Shown here: positions 11,489 through 26,400 of the stretch, piece after piece
Position numbering within the stretch: position 1 is the first letter of the stretch
How the letters are laid out: each line of letters begins with the position of its first letter
Source of the DNA: Phoronis australis
Lineage: Eukaryota; Animalia; Phoronida
Direction: 5' to 3'
Assembly: GCA_002633005.1 (NCBI GenBank)
Contig: NMRA01000164.1
Coordinates: forward strand, 496,489 to 560,488
Length of the DNA stretch: 64,000 nt
Notes under the pieces: model-generated
What the model saw: the letters and a program-made list of their open reading frames with translations, nothing else
What the model was told of the DNA's origin: nothing
The model's database searches: none
Made by a program: the position numbers and the translations under genes

Positions 11489-14400
11489 GTGAGTAGTAAT
11501 AAATCAATGTTCATCTAATTGGATAAAATAAATGTTGCGTTTAGATTTGTGGTGAATTTATGTTTTAGCCTTCTGCGAGTGTTAGATTTTTGGCAATGTA
11601 GGATTCTTCATTACGCTTGCCGAGCTGCAGACATAGCATAGGCGGATTTAGGGGGGGCCCGGGCCCCCCCTTGGCTGCCGCAAAAAAAAATAAAACAGTA
11701 AGAGCGCAGGGATATGTTGAGTTTATTAATTAACCCCGGTAATTAAAATTATACGGATGAAAAAGATTTAAATGTGTGCAGTTTTAGTGTTGAGAGGGGG
11801 GGGGGGGCTCAAATCCAATTTCAAGTGTCAAATTCGGAACACGACGCAATCGTAACGGAACTATGGCNNNNNNNNNNNNNNNNNNNNNNNNNNNNNNNNN
11901 NNNNNNNNNNNNNNNNNNNNNNNNAAAAACGGATTTGGTCTTTTTGGCATTTGAAGACTATTTTAAATACGACAAATTTGTTAAGAATCGATGGCACAAA
12001 ATATAAAACGTGTAATAAGCATTACAAAAAGAAGTAGGTTTTGCGCGCAAACGCTGTGGACCATAAACAAGTAGGTCTCTTAGTATGAGATTAGTAGTTA
12101 AATCGTGGTGGTGTAGTGGTAACGCACTACTCGCCAGGTCGTGAGTTCGAGTCTTTGATACTGGCAGTTTTTCCTGTTTGACTTAATAATACTTCAGGAA
12201 TCAAGGAAAATGCTTGATTTTTAGAGGTAAAAACAGAAAAATTTCCTGGGCGGGAGGGGGGTTTGACCTCCCCCCATTCAGTGCTATGCGCATCTACAAT
12301 CGTGGTTCAGGTTGCACAAATTCTTACAGCCGGACAAAATGTTGGGCCCCCCCTTGTGATATCCTAGATCCGCCACTGCAAAAGTTGTGTCTACTGAGGG
12401 GAGGGGTGGCACATCTCTAAATTGTGGCAGCCAGATGGGGGCAGTTGAGCTTGACTGAGAGGGGTGAAAAATTTGTGGTGACAGGGTTAGCTCAAATCAC
12501 TTGGGCCCACAGAGATTTTGTAGCTTAGGGAACTTAGGGTCCTTCAGTAACCTTCTTTTTACCAAGACACACTGTTAAACGTGTTTAACAGTTGTTGAAA
12601 ACTTTACAAAAGGAAATTTCATTTTTGTGACATATTGGGTTCTGAATTAAAAGTGGCGTGTTACAGTAATTGGAAGAAAGTGGATCTGTTTGATCAGCTA
12701 TAAAACTGGTGTGCATTGGCAACATTGCTTAAAATGATGTTCCGTGCACTCCACTATGATCATCCTTCATTTATGTAAACTGGAGATTGCAAATCCTATT
12801 GGCAAACTTGAGCTTCACTTTTACGCTTGCTGGAAAAATTAGCTGCAACCTGTACACTCAACCAGGCATCTTTGATTGGATGATCTGGGTCAAGAAAATG
12901 GGGTCAACTGTATATGCTCCAAGAACAAAGTTATTAGGAGCCAAAAGAGGTTTTAAGCAATATGGTATTAGTTTGTGATTATATGTTTACTTTTATTAAG
13001 TAATTATTGAATCAGTGCCCAAATGTTCAATGCTGTAGTTGAGAGCACTTGGGATATCACGAGTAAGCAAATGGGTTTGTCCTAACTTAATGAATGAAGG
13101 TCGCGGATATCAATATAAAGTCTAGTATTACAGTAATGATTCTTCATTAATTTTCAATGCATAAAGTTGATTGTTTTGTTAGTTAATTGCAAAAAGTGAA
13201 AAAAGTATGCATCGTTTGTGAAAAAACAGGACATTTGTGGACAGAAAGAAATACCCTTTTACAGGATCTTTACCGTTTTACCGTGTATGATGTAGCACTT
13301 CTTGTGTGACTTTGACTGATACTTCAGTGACTACATAGTATAAGAAAATTAAATTGACCACATTGAATGACTACTTTTGTTTACTTTAACTTTAAGCAAA
13401 GTCTGGAACCTAATTATAACTCTGCGTAAGTGCAGATTTTTCTTCAAAAGAACCTGCTTTGCACCTGAATATCATGACCTTATGTGACCCTGTTTGACCA
13501 CTCTCTTGTAGCCGTCCAATCAGAGTGGTTCCATATCCCAGGGTCCAGCCAACCTTGTGCAGGATCTTCCTGTAGAGCTTCTTCAGGCGGGATGGCGGAA
13601 ATACTGGAGTAAACGGGAGAACATGCCTTACTACTTCAACAAGTTTACTAACCAGTCATTATGGGAAATGCCACAATTATCTGCCCAGGTAAGTCAGCCC
13701 AAGCTCGATGTTTCTAATGTTTCCACGTTGTTGCTATTTCGCACAAATATAATTGCCAAAACTGTCATTTTTCAAAGGCTGATCACTAAGAATAACAGAA
13801 ACTGTTAATACCAAATCTTGTTTTATGGGATATACGCTGGGCAAACCAGGCCAGTTGTAGACTAAATTTTTCTTTATATTTATTTTTGTTGGGAAATTTA
13901 ACAAAATAGAATTTTAATTTTGGTCATATTGTGTGCTAAATAAATAAAGAATTACCTTATTGCAAAATACCAGCGCCTTGTACCACCCACTCAGGTGTGC
14001 CAAAACAGGAACGTCTGCCAAGTTGCTGGCAAGGTAACGCAATTTTTTTGTAAGGTGGGTCCAAGATGCTTGAATGTTATTGTTCAAGCTTGAATAATGT
14101 TGACCAAGCTTGAATAATATTGACCAAGCTTGAATAATGTTGACCAAGCTTGAATAAAATTGACCAAGCTCGAATATTATTGGCCAAGCTTGAAAAATCC
14201 TTGATTAATCTTGCTGGTGAGGATTATTCAAGCTTGAATGTCGTACCATGCGCTTATACCACACTTGCCTTTTACTTTAAACGTACAACAGTGCTGTGTT
14301 CTGCCATTCATCAGTAAAGATGGAGTTTCATATTTAGAATTTTCCAAATGACTTGTTTCAAAACAGAGTTTGTTAATATCAAATGAAACTGGGCTGTCTT

Positions 14401-17400
14401 TACCAGGTGAACATAAAACATAAATAATACGTAAAAAGAAATGTTTCTTTATGTGTTACTTCCACTATATCAAGAAACACTAGCGCCTGCCCTTGTGCGT
14501 GTAAGTAGAGGTTGTGCACATAGGAATGCGAAATTAATTTAGTTTTTCTTTGCAGACAGGTTTGAACTTAAAGCATGAGAAGGATGTTTTTCTTCATTTT
14601 TTTACCCAGAGATAAATTTCTGAACACCAACACCTCCAAAACATAAAAATGTAAATTTGAATAAACATTCACCAAAGGATGACATTGTATCATACAGCAC
14701 GTAACACGGAGACAAGTTCATCTACTCACAACAAAATATTATTGATTGTGCATGACTGAAAACAGCTGTCAGAAGAAATGTATCTTGGAAATTTTGACAA
14801 AAGTGTTGTTTTCTTCAGGAAATGGACACCTCTGAAATGGCACGTGATGACCGTTTGCATACTAAGGATGGCTTAAAAATGTTAGGTGGCATTGATAACA
14901 GTCTCACAGTCTTACTTAGGCAAAGTTTCTGCAAACTATGTCATCTTGTGAAAGTCTCACCATGCTGAAATCTTCATCATTGTCCCTTTCAGCCTGATCC
15001 ATACGCTGATCCACTTGGCATTAGCACCCCATCGCCAGGCAGTGTGACTAGCCCTCCGCCATTTGACAACAGGGACATTAGACTGTCTCGATTGAGCACA
15101 GACATTCCCCCAGCCCACGCAGGTCTCAAACGGCGCCCCAGTGGAGACATGGGAGCCAGCCCATCCAAAAGGGTTGCTGTCAGTATAGGGTGAGTGAGGA
15201 AGAAGTTACTGTTTGATTTTAGCTCTTTGGGTTCTCCGTTTTCAATATAAGTTTTCCGTACTTAGTGCCCTTATGAACACATGTTTAAAACAATGAGTGC
15301 GTTTTTCAACAATCCCCCACTGTGCTGTTTCTTTTTTTTTGAATTTCTTGATGACTATAATGTTCAAAATAATGAAAGTACCTGATGATAGTAAATAACC
15401 TTTAGTAATTTTTTTTGTTATTACATATTCTCAGATAGTCTGTAGCTGGGCAGCACAGAATTATCCATCTGGAAAACAATAAAACTTATAATATAGAAAA
15501 CTCTCAGATGTGGCTGCATAGATCACACAAATGATGAACAAAGAAAGATTTATCCTTGACATGATTAGAGCAGAATTCTGTTACCAAGGTAACATGATGT
15601 ATATTGCAAATGGGATATCTTTGGGAATTTCAAGGAACTATTTAAAACCACTCACAGACTTGATACTTTTGGAAATACCAGCTGTTAAATAATTACTTTT
15701 CAGTAAATGATTGAAACTACCAAAAATATGATACGTACACAACACAAACAAAGCTAGCTATAAAGTAAGAAGTTATAAATTATTATTATGAAAAATTGGA
15801 CAAGCCAACAAAATTTCCCTTGTCTGTCATGTTGTTTGCTAAACAGGTGAAGAGTTGCCGTAAAAACTGTACATTCCGAGCTGTAACTGGTTGCATGCAA
15901 ATTTATACTTTCGTTTCAATGGATTTTCCATTTAGTAAATTCACCACACCCCATCATCGTAGCATTGTCAGTAAAACTCTTAATTTTGCTTATCCATTAG
16001 GGTACAACTGAGGTAAGACTAACAACAACTCTAGTTATATGTTTTTATCTTGTTATGTCTTGACTAAAGTCAGGAAATAATACAAGTTTTCTCTAACTAA
16101 CGCCTGTCTTATAACCACCCCTTCCCTTTAGCTCCTCCGCTTGCTTGTCGAAAAATTTAGGTTACTCAATTGATTGAATTGGCATTTAGATGTTACAGTG
16201 TTCGCTCCACACATCCAAGCATGGATCCTTTGTATCTACTGTCCAAAGTTTTTGGGTTCTATTTTAATTTCTTGGGATCTGCAAAACATTATGGAAATTA
16301 TTGTACTAGCCTAGGGTGACAATTGAACTGGAGGTACTAATCAACGGAAAATGCGGATGAAAACTAAGAATGAATCCAAGGTGACACACCTTTTAACTTA
16401 ATATGTGTCTTAATCTTAGTTGGGGCAAATGACTAAAGAAGGCATCCTCAGGCAAATAATGTGGGAATTTCTTGAAATTTAACTTCAGTGATTATTGCAT
16501 TTTATGGATTTTGATTGTGTTACCAGTTTGGGCAATTGAATGGGTTTCACATTTTCTCAAAATTTCTTGATTAACAAGGAATGGGTCCTTTTAAGTGTCT
16601 TGGTTCTACTGGATACATTTTTTAATTTCATTCCATATGCTACACTAATGCTTGGATGTTTTGGCTTTTTGTAAATGCATTTCCAGCATTGTTAGTTGTG
16701 AATTTATTGACTTATAATGCTCTCGCACAACTTTGTGATATTTTCCTGCATTTAATAACAATGAATTACACACACATTACACAGCACTTTTGTATGCAGG
16801 CGTTTACTTATCGCAATAATTTTTCAACTTTAAAGGGAGAACTAATTGATAAAATTGAGTTTTGCCTGTTGTTCAAAGACTAACTACGTTGCTCCAAATG
16901 TGCATTCCTTTGCTAAATGTTGGGTGGCAACAGCTGTTTCACACAAAGTGCTGTAAAAGAATGTTAAAAAAGTTTCCTGGAAGTTACTTTTGTTGAGAAA
17001 TTGGGGGAAAAAGAAGTGCTACTTGTCTGCCATTTTGTGTCCCAAACTGAAGAATATTTACAGATTGTAGCTTTCAATACTACCATGTATGTCTAGTAAC
17101 ATTTCAAAAATGTCGTTTACCCTTTGGTTTTGGGGTGTTTTATTCCTATTAATAACTTAAAATTAAATTATCCAGACTTACTGTTGTCAGTGAAATTTAA
17201 AATAAAAATGTAACAACATTCTGTCTATAAATGAAGCAGGACATTTACCCTTTTTATAATACCTTTTTACTCAATTGGCATATTTTTCTTACTGTATTTT
17301 GAACCTTTTCAGTCAATTTCTATAAAAATAGAATTAAAAGGAATAGCACTTCCTCAAACCACAATGGGTAACTCAATGAGCAAGTCGTGAAAACCTCAAC

Positions 17401-20400
17401 CGGTCGGAGAAAGCTGCGTTTCCTAAACTAATACAGCAGTTATTCAGAAGTGTTTGTATTGTGTGACTCACAGCATCACACTTCTGTTTTGAATAAATAT
17501 AAATTATTACATGGCGAAGTCGTTATCCCCCGTTATCTAGAGCCCAAGTGCATTTTGGAGAATTATTGCATTAGCCCCGAGGGTGATAATTCTACAAAAT
17601 CCACGAGGGCTTTAGATAAGGGGGATAACGACTGAGAACATTTCATAATCTATTTATACCTCACACTGAATGAGAAACATTGCAATGAATCGATCTACGT
17701 TTCTCGACTCGCCTCGGCTTTGTAACTATTTTCTATGTCAGAGGCCCGGGGTCGGAGGTCGTGACCTTTTAAGAAAAACCGAGTTATTTTTGTCAAATAA
17801 TGCTTTTACTCAAAACCAATTGAAAATTTAAACAAAATAGAAAGTGAATCTATAAATTAAGGTTTAGCAACTATTATAGCTTACTACACATTTTATTATG
17901 CTAAGCTTTGACCGGGAAAATATCGTCTGCTAAAGTAGGTTACCACTAGTAACTGACTATAATGCTCAAATCAAAGGATCCCGACGACACAATACCCGCA
18001 CTCAAATTTGAGATCAGTGATTTACAAGTTAGAGAACACGAGAGAAATTTTTCACTGAATTCAAATATCGTTTTTATGGAAATTATGCGTCTTAGTTTTC
18101 ATAGCGTATAAATGTCGGTACAATGCCCTTTGCTGAACATGCGATTGTTGCGCGTGCTCATTTAAGTATTCTGTTTTCACTTTCGATGGTGCCAGCCGCT
18201 GAGTGGTGTAGTGGTATAGTCGGCGACTCGAAACTCTTGAGGCCCGGGTTCGAAACCGACCTCGGTTTCCCGCCAAAATGTTATCTCACTAGTGAGATAA
18301 TTTAAAGGGTTATTACACAGTTGTATTTGCCATTTGACGCTTATATTGTGGTATAATGGGTTATATTCTTCTTTCAAGTTTGTATAGAATATAGTGAAAT
18401 GGTTATTTTCTAGGCCATTCTGGAATTTTGAAATTCCAACAAATAGTGTAATATACGAGCGTCCACCCTGTATCTTGCCACCCCCTCATCCTGAGATTGA
18501 ACTCATCCGGGCACAGTACGGGACCAAGCTGAGACAGCAATTTCAGGAACTTTGTCATGCACGTGAAGGTAGGTTTACTAGTGGAAATGAACATACCAAA
18601 CAAACTGTCAGTGCCTGATTCTTCACCAAGATAATATTTCTAAATCCCACATTAAACTCTTTACTCCTTTTTTGCGGAGGTGGAAAACCGCATCGTATGA
18701 GTGCCCTAATTTTCAAAAGCTAGTGACGCTTCTGAGGTGAAACGTACAAGTGAAGAACGATTTATCATGGTAGGTGAATACCGCAGAATCATAGAGGACA
18801 CTGTGGTATTCTGGTAATTGGCTATTACTACTTTTTTTCTTGGACTTCAGAAGTAGTAGTGCTCTTAATAGACATGTTTTTGAGAGTGGCGGAAGGGTAT
18901 GGGAGAGGCTAATTGTTTTTACATGATAAGGAATAGTTGAAGAGATTTATTGCCAATGAGATACCCGACAAATTGGAAACTTTAAAACTACATTTCACGT
19001 CAGTCAACAGGGTCACTTGGTACTTCCATCATTTCTTTTTTCCGTAAAACTCGATACATCTCACAGTTATGCATGCTTTAAAACATACTGTTTCTTTCCA
19101 AATTGCGACATATGCCAATCACAGTCAAATTTGGCAGATATTTTATTTTGCGATGAAACCTTTAAATTTTTGTGCAAATGCAGCATGAAGCCTTACAGTG
19201 TGATCATGGTGTTAGAATGAAATCACAGTTCCTCAAAATCAGAATATGAGGCTCATCATCATGAAAATATTATTAAAAGCAAATTCAACCTCAAATCGTT
19301 AATTATTTTACATTCTATGAATATGTCAACGTTGCTTGTTGCCATTTCTTTTGGTTTTTAAGAACAGTTCTAATTTTATTGTTTCTAAGACTTCTAAAGG
19401 TTTCATTTTAATTTGACTCCCTTTTTGTATATGTGATGTCAAATATTTGCTTTGGCTTAGCAATTCCAACATGATTGAATTGCTGTCTTTCATTATCGAA
19501 AAGGAGTTTGAGTAAATTAGTACTTTATAGGTACGCATATTTAGACATGCTACCTGGCAAGAAATTAAAATAACTTTTTGCTCAACTGTTTCACACATAG
19601 GCACATGAGTCTAAAGTGCCACCCACACTATCAGTTATCCCGGAACAAGTTACGTTTGGAACGAGATTAAGTAGTAGTGTGGACGCTATTTGCACTGGAG
19701 CAACTTAAAACACATGTGGCAACTCACCCCACCATATGGTGGTATGGTGATTTTTTCTTGGGTTGCTTGCCCCAGCTCATGTTGTAGTATTGATGCAAAC
19801 ATGCAGATGAGGTACAAGTAATTACCAGCTGTGAGTTTGCTCAGTTACATACAGTCTGGTGTCTAATCCTGTTTGTGCCATATCCGTTGCATGGTGTAGA
19901 TAGTGTTGTGTGGACTCTTGGCTGAAGTATGGCAATTTGCTCTTGGGCGAGTTGTTTTAAGGTGACTTGCCATGTGGACATGACTTAAGTTTCACTTGTA
20001 AGTACAGGGAGCCATGTCTTGTATATGCTTATGTCTTGAACTAAGTGTTATTGTGTGCCTGTTTCCATTCTTAACGCATTTCATATTAATTGTTGTGTCT
20101 AGCTTCATGTATAGACTGTTTCAAAATCTTGCTCCTTGATTTTACTTAGTGTTTTGCACATGCCGCATATTGGTGCGTCTTCGGGTAAAGCCCTAAGCAT
20201 AATGGTTTAACAAGTTCAAATGCTGTAGGTATTGAAATCCACCAGTTCTTTTACAGGCATTGATGCGCCTACGGAGTCGTTCAACAGATGGTTGCTGGAG
20301 CGCGGTGTTGTAAACAAGGGCTCGGAGCCATTTTTCCCCAGTGACTGCACGCCAGAAATCTCTAAGTCTCTGTGTCGGGAAATTCTCAATGACCTCCCGA

Positions 20401-23400
20401 TGAAACTTATCAAACCCAAATACTCAGGTGATGCCCGGAGGCAGCTGTCGAAGTATGCTGAGGCTGCAAAAAAGATGATTGAGTCCAGGTAACTTAATTT
20501 TCGCATCTGTGAATGCGTGTAGCATACATATTCACTGGAGTCTACACAGGAGTGGATGCAGGGTTAACTGTCTGCCTTCATTATTATGGGTCACGCAAGT
20601 ATTTTCAAAAGAGTATGATTTCTAACATCAAGGAAAAATCTCTACAACAATTTTGGACAAAAATAATTGTAGCTAACAAAGGGCTCTAAAATTGTTGTGA
20701 ATGCTCACAGTTTTTCAAAAATGTTGCCTGGTGATAGCTATGTTACACAAATTGGACACAGAAAAGCATTAATTTGGTGCTATCTTGGAACGGAAGAAAC
20801 AAGAAAATAAAATTCTACTTGACGGCCTTACTGGTGATGTTTTACTGTAACCACAGAAACATACTTTCTGTAGAGAAGTGATGCATGAACATTTATAGTT
20901 ATTGTGACTGTTTTTTCAAGATCACCGTATCTTCTACTAATGGGATTTTTTTCCAAAACTTCCAAGTTGTGTTTACTAATTAATTCAGTCAGCTGCAACA
21001 GAGTGGATAGGATTTTTTGTCGAGGCCTCTTTGCATGAGATCCTGAGTATTAGATTTGTCTCTCTTTCTAATGTAGGAGTGCCACGCCGGAAAGTCGAAA
21101 AATAGTCAAATGGAATGTGGAGGACACCTTCCAGTGGTTACGTAAACAGTACAACGCATCATATGAAGACTACCTTGTAGGTTCGCTTTTAATTCCTCTG
21201 ATTCTAGTCTTTTGGAACGTCATAATTTATTTTTACATGTTTGTTTTTTATATTTTACTTGATTTCTTTGCTTAATGTAAGTTCCTGTCTTGTAGTGATT
21301 CTTCATTCACGTATTTTGAAGTTTTAATTCTTTAGGCTGATTTATCTAAAACTCCTATAAACCATCTTCTGGTTTCAAAAATGAGTTTTTTCACATGTGT
21401 ATTTGTCCTTCCAAATCAATGTTATGTTCTTATGATTTTCTTGACTCGAAAATTGTTCGAAAAAATGCCTGGAAATTCCCTGGTGGCCATACTGATTTGG
21501 CATTTCAAACTTATTTAGTGTGTCGAGCTAACTTCAAGAGGCTGATGTGAAGCAAAAATGAAGTGTCAATTGTTCTGTAGCCTAGAATTCATTTCTAATC
21601 TGTGTTAGGAACAAGAGGATACCAGTGTAAATATCGGTAGTTGGTATAATTCAAAAGTTGTTTCCGACAGGAAGGCACGAGTTTTTTGCCCCTTTAACAG
21701 TATGTCCTGGAAAGTATATTTACAGAAAAAAGGGTGAAGAATATTATGTGTGTTCTAAACATTGGCGTTGATGTTTGAAATTGTTCCGCATTTGAATTGT
21801 GTTAGCATGTGTTACTTCAGCAAGTCGGTTCATTTTAGGAAAGGTTGGCCCATCTGAAGCGTCAATGTCAGCCTCACGTGTGTGAGGCGGCCAAGACCTC
21901 TGTAGAGGGAATCTGTTTGAAAATATACAACCACTCGTGCGAGTACGCTAACAAGCTTAAGGAGAAACACTGGAAGGCTCTTCATGAGAGCAATATTAAA
22001 GGCGAGTCATTTTGTGGATTAATATTGGCGTACTGAAACATGGTGATTAATATTGGCGTACTGAAACATGGTGATTAATATTGGCGTACCGAAACATGGT
22101 GATTAATATTGGCGTACCGAAACATGGTGATTAATATTGACGTACTGAAACATGGTGATTAATATTGGCGTACTGAAACATGGTATTTAGAATGAAGCAA
22201 GAAAATTAACCACTGAAGCAACCTATCAGTCAATCAATTTATTCTGAAACTTGAAGACTATCTACTTATGTACAGAACATAAAGAATTTGCATAATTATA
22301 GAGAGCGTCGGAAAGTGAATAGCGTGAAAAGCAAAATTGGCTAGTTTTGTCTGTATTATTGCCAGAAGAAGTTTGATAAACGTCAAGTGGTTTGATTCAA
22401 GCCTGTACTACTCATGCAAGAGTGAAGTCTGTGGTTAGAATTTGTTTTCATTCATGTCTATTGTGTGATTACACGTTCATCTTTTATTCTTTAAAATGCA
22501 ATGAACTGTTCAATATTTTGACGAGAAAAAACTGCTATTGCCTGTATTTAAAGTTCCGGAAAATTTAGTGTAGGTGTGCATGTACAGGCATTAGAGAGAA
22601 ATGATATTACAACTTGGGAGTCAGAGAAGAGTGCGGTCNAATTAACCACTGAAGCAACCTATCAGTCAATCAATTTATTCTGGAACTTGAAGACTATCTA
22701 CTTATGTACAGAACATAAAGAATTTGCATAATTATAGAGAGCGTCGGAAAGTCAAAAGCGTGAAAAGCAAAATTGGCTAGTTTAGTCTGTATTATTGCCA
22801 GAAGAAGTTTGATAAACTTCAAGTGGTTTGATTCAAGCCTGTACTACTCATGCAAGAGTGAAGTCTGTGGTTAGAATTTGTTTTCATTCATGTCTATTGT
22901 GTGATTACACGTTCATCTTTTATTCTTTAAAATGCAATGAACTGTTCAATATTTTGACGAGAAAAAACTGCTATTGCCTGTATTTAAAGTTCCGGAAAAT
23001 TTAGTGTAGGTGTGCATGTACAGGCATTAGAGAGAAATGATATTACAACTTGGGAGTCAGAGAAGAGTGCGGTCCCTCAGGAATTATTCTTTTAAATTGT
23101 TATTTATTAACTTGTCATTTGATGACTTAAATTTGCACCTAAAACAGAAAAATGTCTGTCCTTAAGTACATGCACACGTACCGCGTAATTTTGCTTAGAC
23201 ACGGCATAACCTAAAAATTCTTCAGTTTTGAACACAGTTGATTTTGTCAAGTTTCTCAACAAGAATAAACATTAGATTTTATTTCATTTTGAGTATAGTT
23301 TACACAGTACAGCTGTTTTCAAACAACATTCGGTAAAGTTTTGAGTTTTTGCAGTAAAGTAATAAGCCATTGAAAAACAGGGAAATGTTAATGTTGGCAT

Positions 23401-26400
23401 ATATGTTTGTTACGAACTGAACAGTTTATCTTTGCAACTTACTGTGTGTGTTAGTGTTATCTCTTTCCTGTCAACATTTCAAACTGCATTTATTCAGTAT
23501 TTGGGTGCCAAAACACAAAAAAAATGAATCAAGTCACTTAAGCTCATGAAATTGGTGAGTCAACATTGCTTACTGTGACAGAACTTGATTTCTAATTTAG
23601 CCACTGATTGTTACAGAGCTTCAACCTTTTCCTGAACTTGAGAAGCCCAAGAAAGTGTTTTGTTACAACGTACAGATGGCTGTGCCGTCACCTCGTCTGC
23701 ATACTGTGGAACACTCACCAGAGGGCGACAGTATGGTGCTGCGATTCAAGGGTGAGGCACAGAAGATCAACATGGTGCACTTTCAGAAATTGGTAAGTGG
23801 TGTCGTATGACACAAACGATCAATATTATGCTATATACGGAGGGGTTCTGGTGAGGAAATAATTATTGCGCTAAATGGTATCTGTTCTCAGGTTGTGAAA
23901 TGTGGATCTAGTATCATGGTCTGACTTTGGACAAACGCTCCTCCATTGCTGCAACACAGTAGTGTCTGAGAATTGGGTTCCTCTCTTTGGTCTGCCTCAT
24001 AGGTTTATGATATGCATTTGTGTTTTGACCATTATGTTATGTGTAGAATAAACATTAGCATGAATGTAACTTAAATCATAGAATCTTTTCAGTTACAATA
24101 AAGTTTTGAAGAATATGAATATATCATCACCATGCGTTGTCATGGTACAATTTAACTGTGGCAATAACACATGTGAGCGCTCTCTTTCTTGCTAAATTCT
24201 AGATAGCCTGTCATTTGAAAAAACAGCTTTGATAATAAACATTGTACTAAAACATAATGTATTGTCAAGTTCTTTAATGTTCTTGCTTCTTAAACATTTA
24301 TATGTTTCTTTCATTATTACAATGTGTGCCATTATTCTGTTTCAAAAATACTGCTGTAATTTGATAATCCACCCTTACTGTCACCTCAGTAGCACAGTCA
24401 CATGTTCTCAACAGCTTGTATTAGGTCATTGTGCCACACTTATTCTGACATGCATTGTGAACTGTCTGTTACAGGAACAGCTGTACAAGCTCAACTGTAG
24501 AGATGACTATAAGTTCGACAACTTCCTAGCAAGAACGTGGTGCTTACTGCGCAGGTATCAGGTGAGTAAGAATATCAAATTAGAATTATGCCTCATAAAA
24601 TGCTAATGTGCCAAGTTCCAACTAATTTTGCGCCAATGAGTCGCCAGAACTTTCCAAGTCCAGATATGAACAAAGATCAAGTTGAGACCAGTTTTTTTGC
24701 TCTGACGTCAAAAATCTAAATACTTTTGACTATCAGAGGTCATCGAAGACAGTTGACTTTGGGCTTTGTTCCATTTCATTTGTGACACATAATCTTGCAG
24801 TTGTGTGATGTCTTATGAATGTGAGGTCTTCAATACCAAGTAACGCATAATATTGAATTTCTGGTCAGACTGAAATGGAAAAGATTGAAACAAGAAAAGC
24901 TTTATCAACCTTATTTAACCTTTAGTAAACAATACAAGTAATGTACAGTGTTGTTTTTAAGCCAATGTTTCAAACTCAAATACTTGTAAAACTAAGACCA
25001 GCATTATGTTTCTCTTCAAGACCACATTCGGAATTCAACCAAATGAAGGGTTTGGCCTCCAGGGGGCTCTGCCAGTCTCCGTCTTTGAGTGTCTTCACAG
25101 GGTTTTCGGCGTCACTTTTGAATGTTTCGCGTCCCCTCTCAACTGTTATTTCAAACAGTACTGCTCGGCTTACAATGACACTGACTCATACTACGGATCA
25201 CGTGGGTAAGTCTAGAATGTGTTGCATAAAGCTTAAAGTTATACTGACTACTGCTTAGACGGGTAAAAAATAATCAACTTTAATGTCAGATAAAATTAGA
25301 TTGAAGCAATTTTTTAAAGCCAAAATAAAATCTGAGATCCATTTTGACCACAGTATATCCATAGAAACGAGGCATGTTGACTTGGCATGCCTTGATTCTC
25401 TTCTCCATTTTAAAACATTCAACACACGCCATTATGAGAAACAGAATGTCCTAACGTAGCAGTTGTATTATCTGAAGAGCGCTCAATGTACCTTTAAAAA
25501 CTTGTCCGCTGGATAAGTTAGATTGTTGCAGGATGTCAAGAAAATTGTTCAACAGTGACTGCATGTCGTGTGATTGTGTGATGCTATTGTTGCACAATGT
25601 ATAAGTTTTATGCTATGGGGCCCTGGGGAATGTGTAATGCTGTTGTTGTTGCACAGTGTATAAGTTTTATGCTATGGGGCCCTGGGGAATGGGTAATCGA
25701 CTTATTTTCATAAGGGTCTGATCTTGACCTTCTGTTTATACTCTTCAAGTCAGAAAGGTTTTGAAGTGAAAATTTTGTCTACCATATTGACGTCCCGCAT
25801 ATTTACCAATTGACTGTTTGCTGTATTTCCCTTCAAGTTGCATTTCCCCACTGTTTAGCTGTCAATGTTGAATTTTCAACTAAAGCGCTTTGGCATTCAA
25901 AAACATCATGCTCGTTCAATTCTGAATTGTCGCCGAATGAGCCAGCAACTCGAGTCGCAAGTAATGCGTACATGCGCAATTTTCAAATCTGCAATTTTAG
26001 AGTTGACCAACCCTGAAAAAATTTGAAGCGTTTTCTCGAGTTGTTGATGGTTTCAATGTTCTTGTTGGTAACAGAAATAGAATCATACCATAGTAAGGAA
26101 CATTATGAGACCAATTTTATGAGAGTAAAAGACCTAATTCTAGTTCCTGTTGTTTTTTAGCTGATGAGGGGAAAATGCTACTTTGAATGATGTAAAATAT
26201 ATCTTCATGTTTGCCAAACATGTTAGGTTGACTCTTTCAAATGCGTTGCATTCCTATGAAACTGTTTTTGATTTACCCTTATGTATTCTTAATGGGGAAA
26301 ATAACCATTTTTGTTTATTTTACTTTTACTAACTGATACGCATCCATGGTAATCTTGGAGACATTTTTCCATGTGCACTACTGTTCCCTTGGTAATAGAT

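Noticed and set aside
18198-18266. Functional tRNA gene
   Set aside because: A and B boxes are present but the anticodon and T stems do not pair properly; treated as a tRNA-derived repeat.
22017-22184. 28-bp repeats resembling a CRISPR array (also 14068-14195 and 49700-49873)
   Set aside because: Units are head-to-tail with no unique spacers, no cas genes are present, and the context is a eukaryotic intron.
22204-23074. Apparent 435-bp tandem duplication
   Set aside because: Joined by a single N with few differences between copies; same signature as at 4285 and 45708, typical of scaffolded overlapping allelic contigs.
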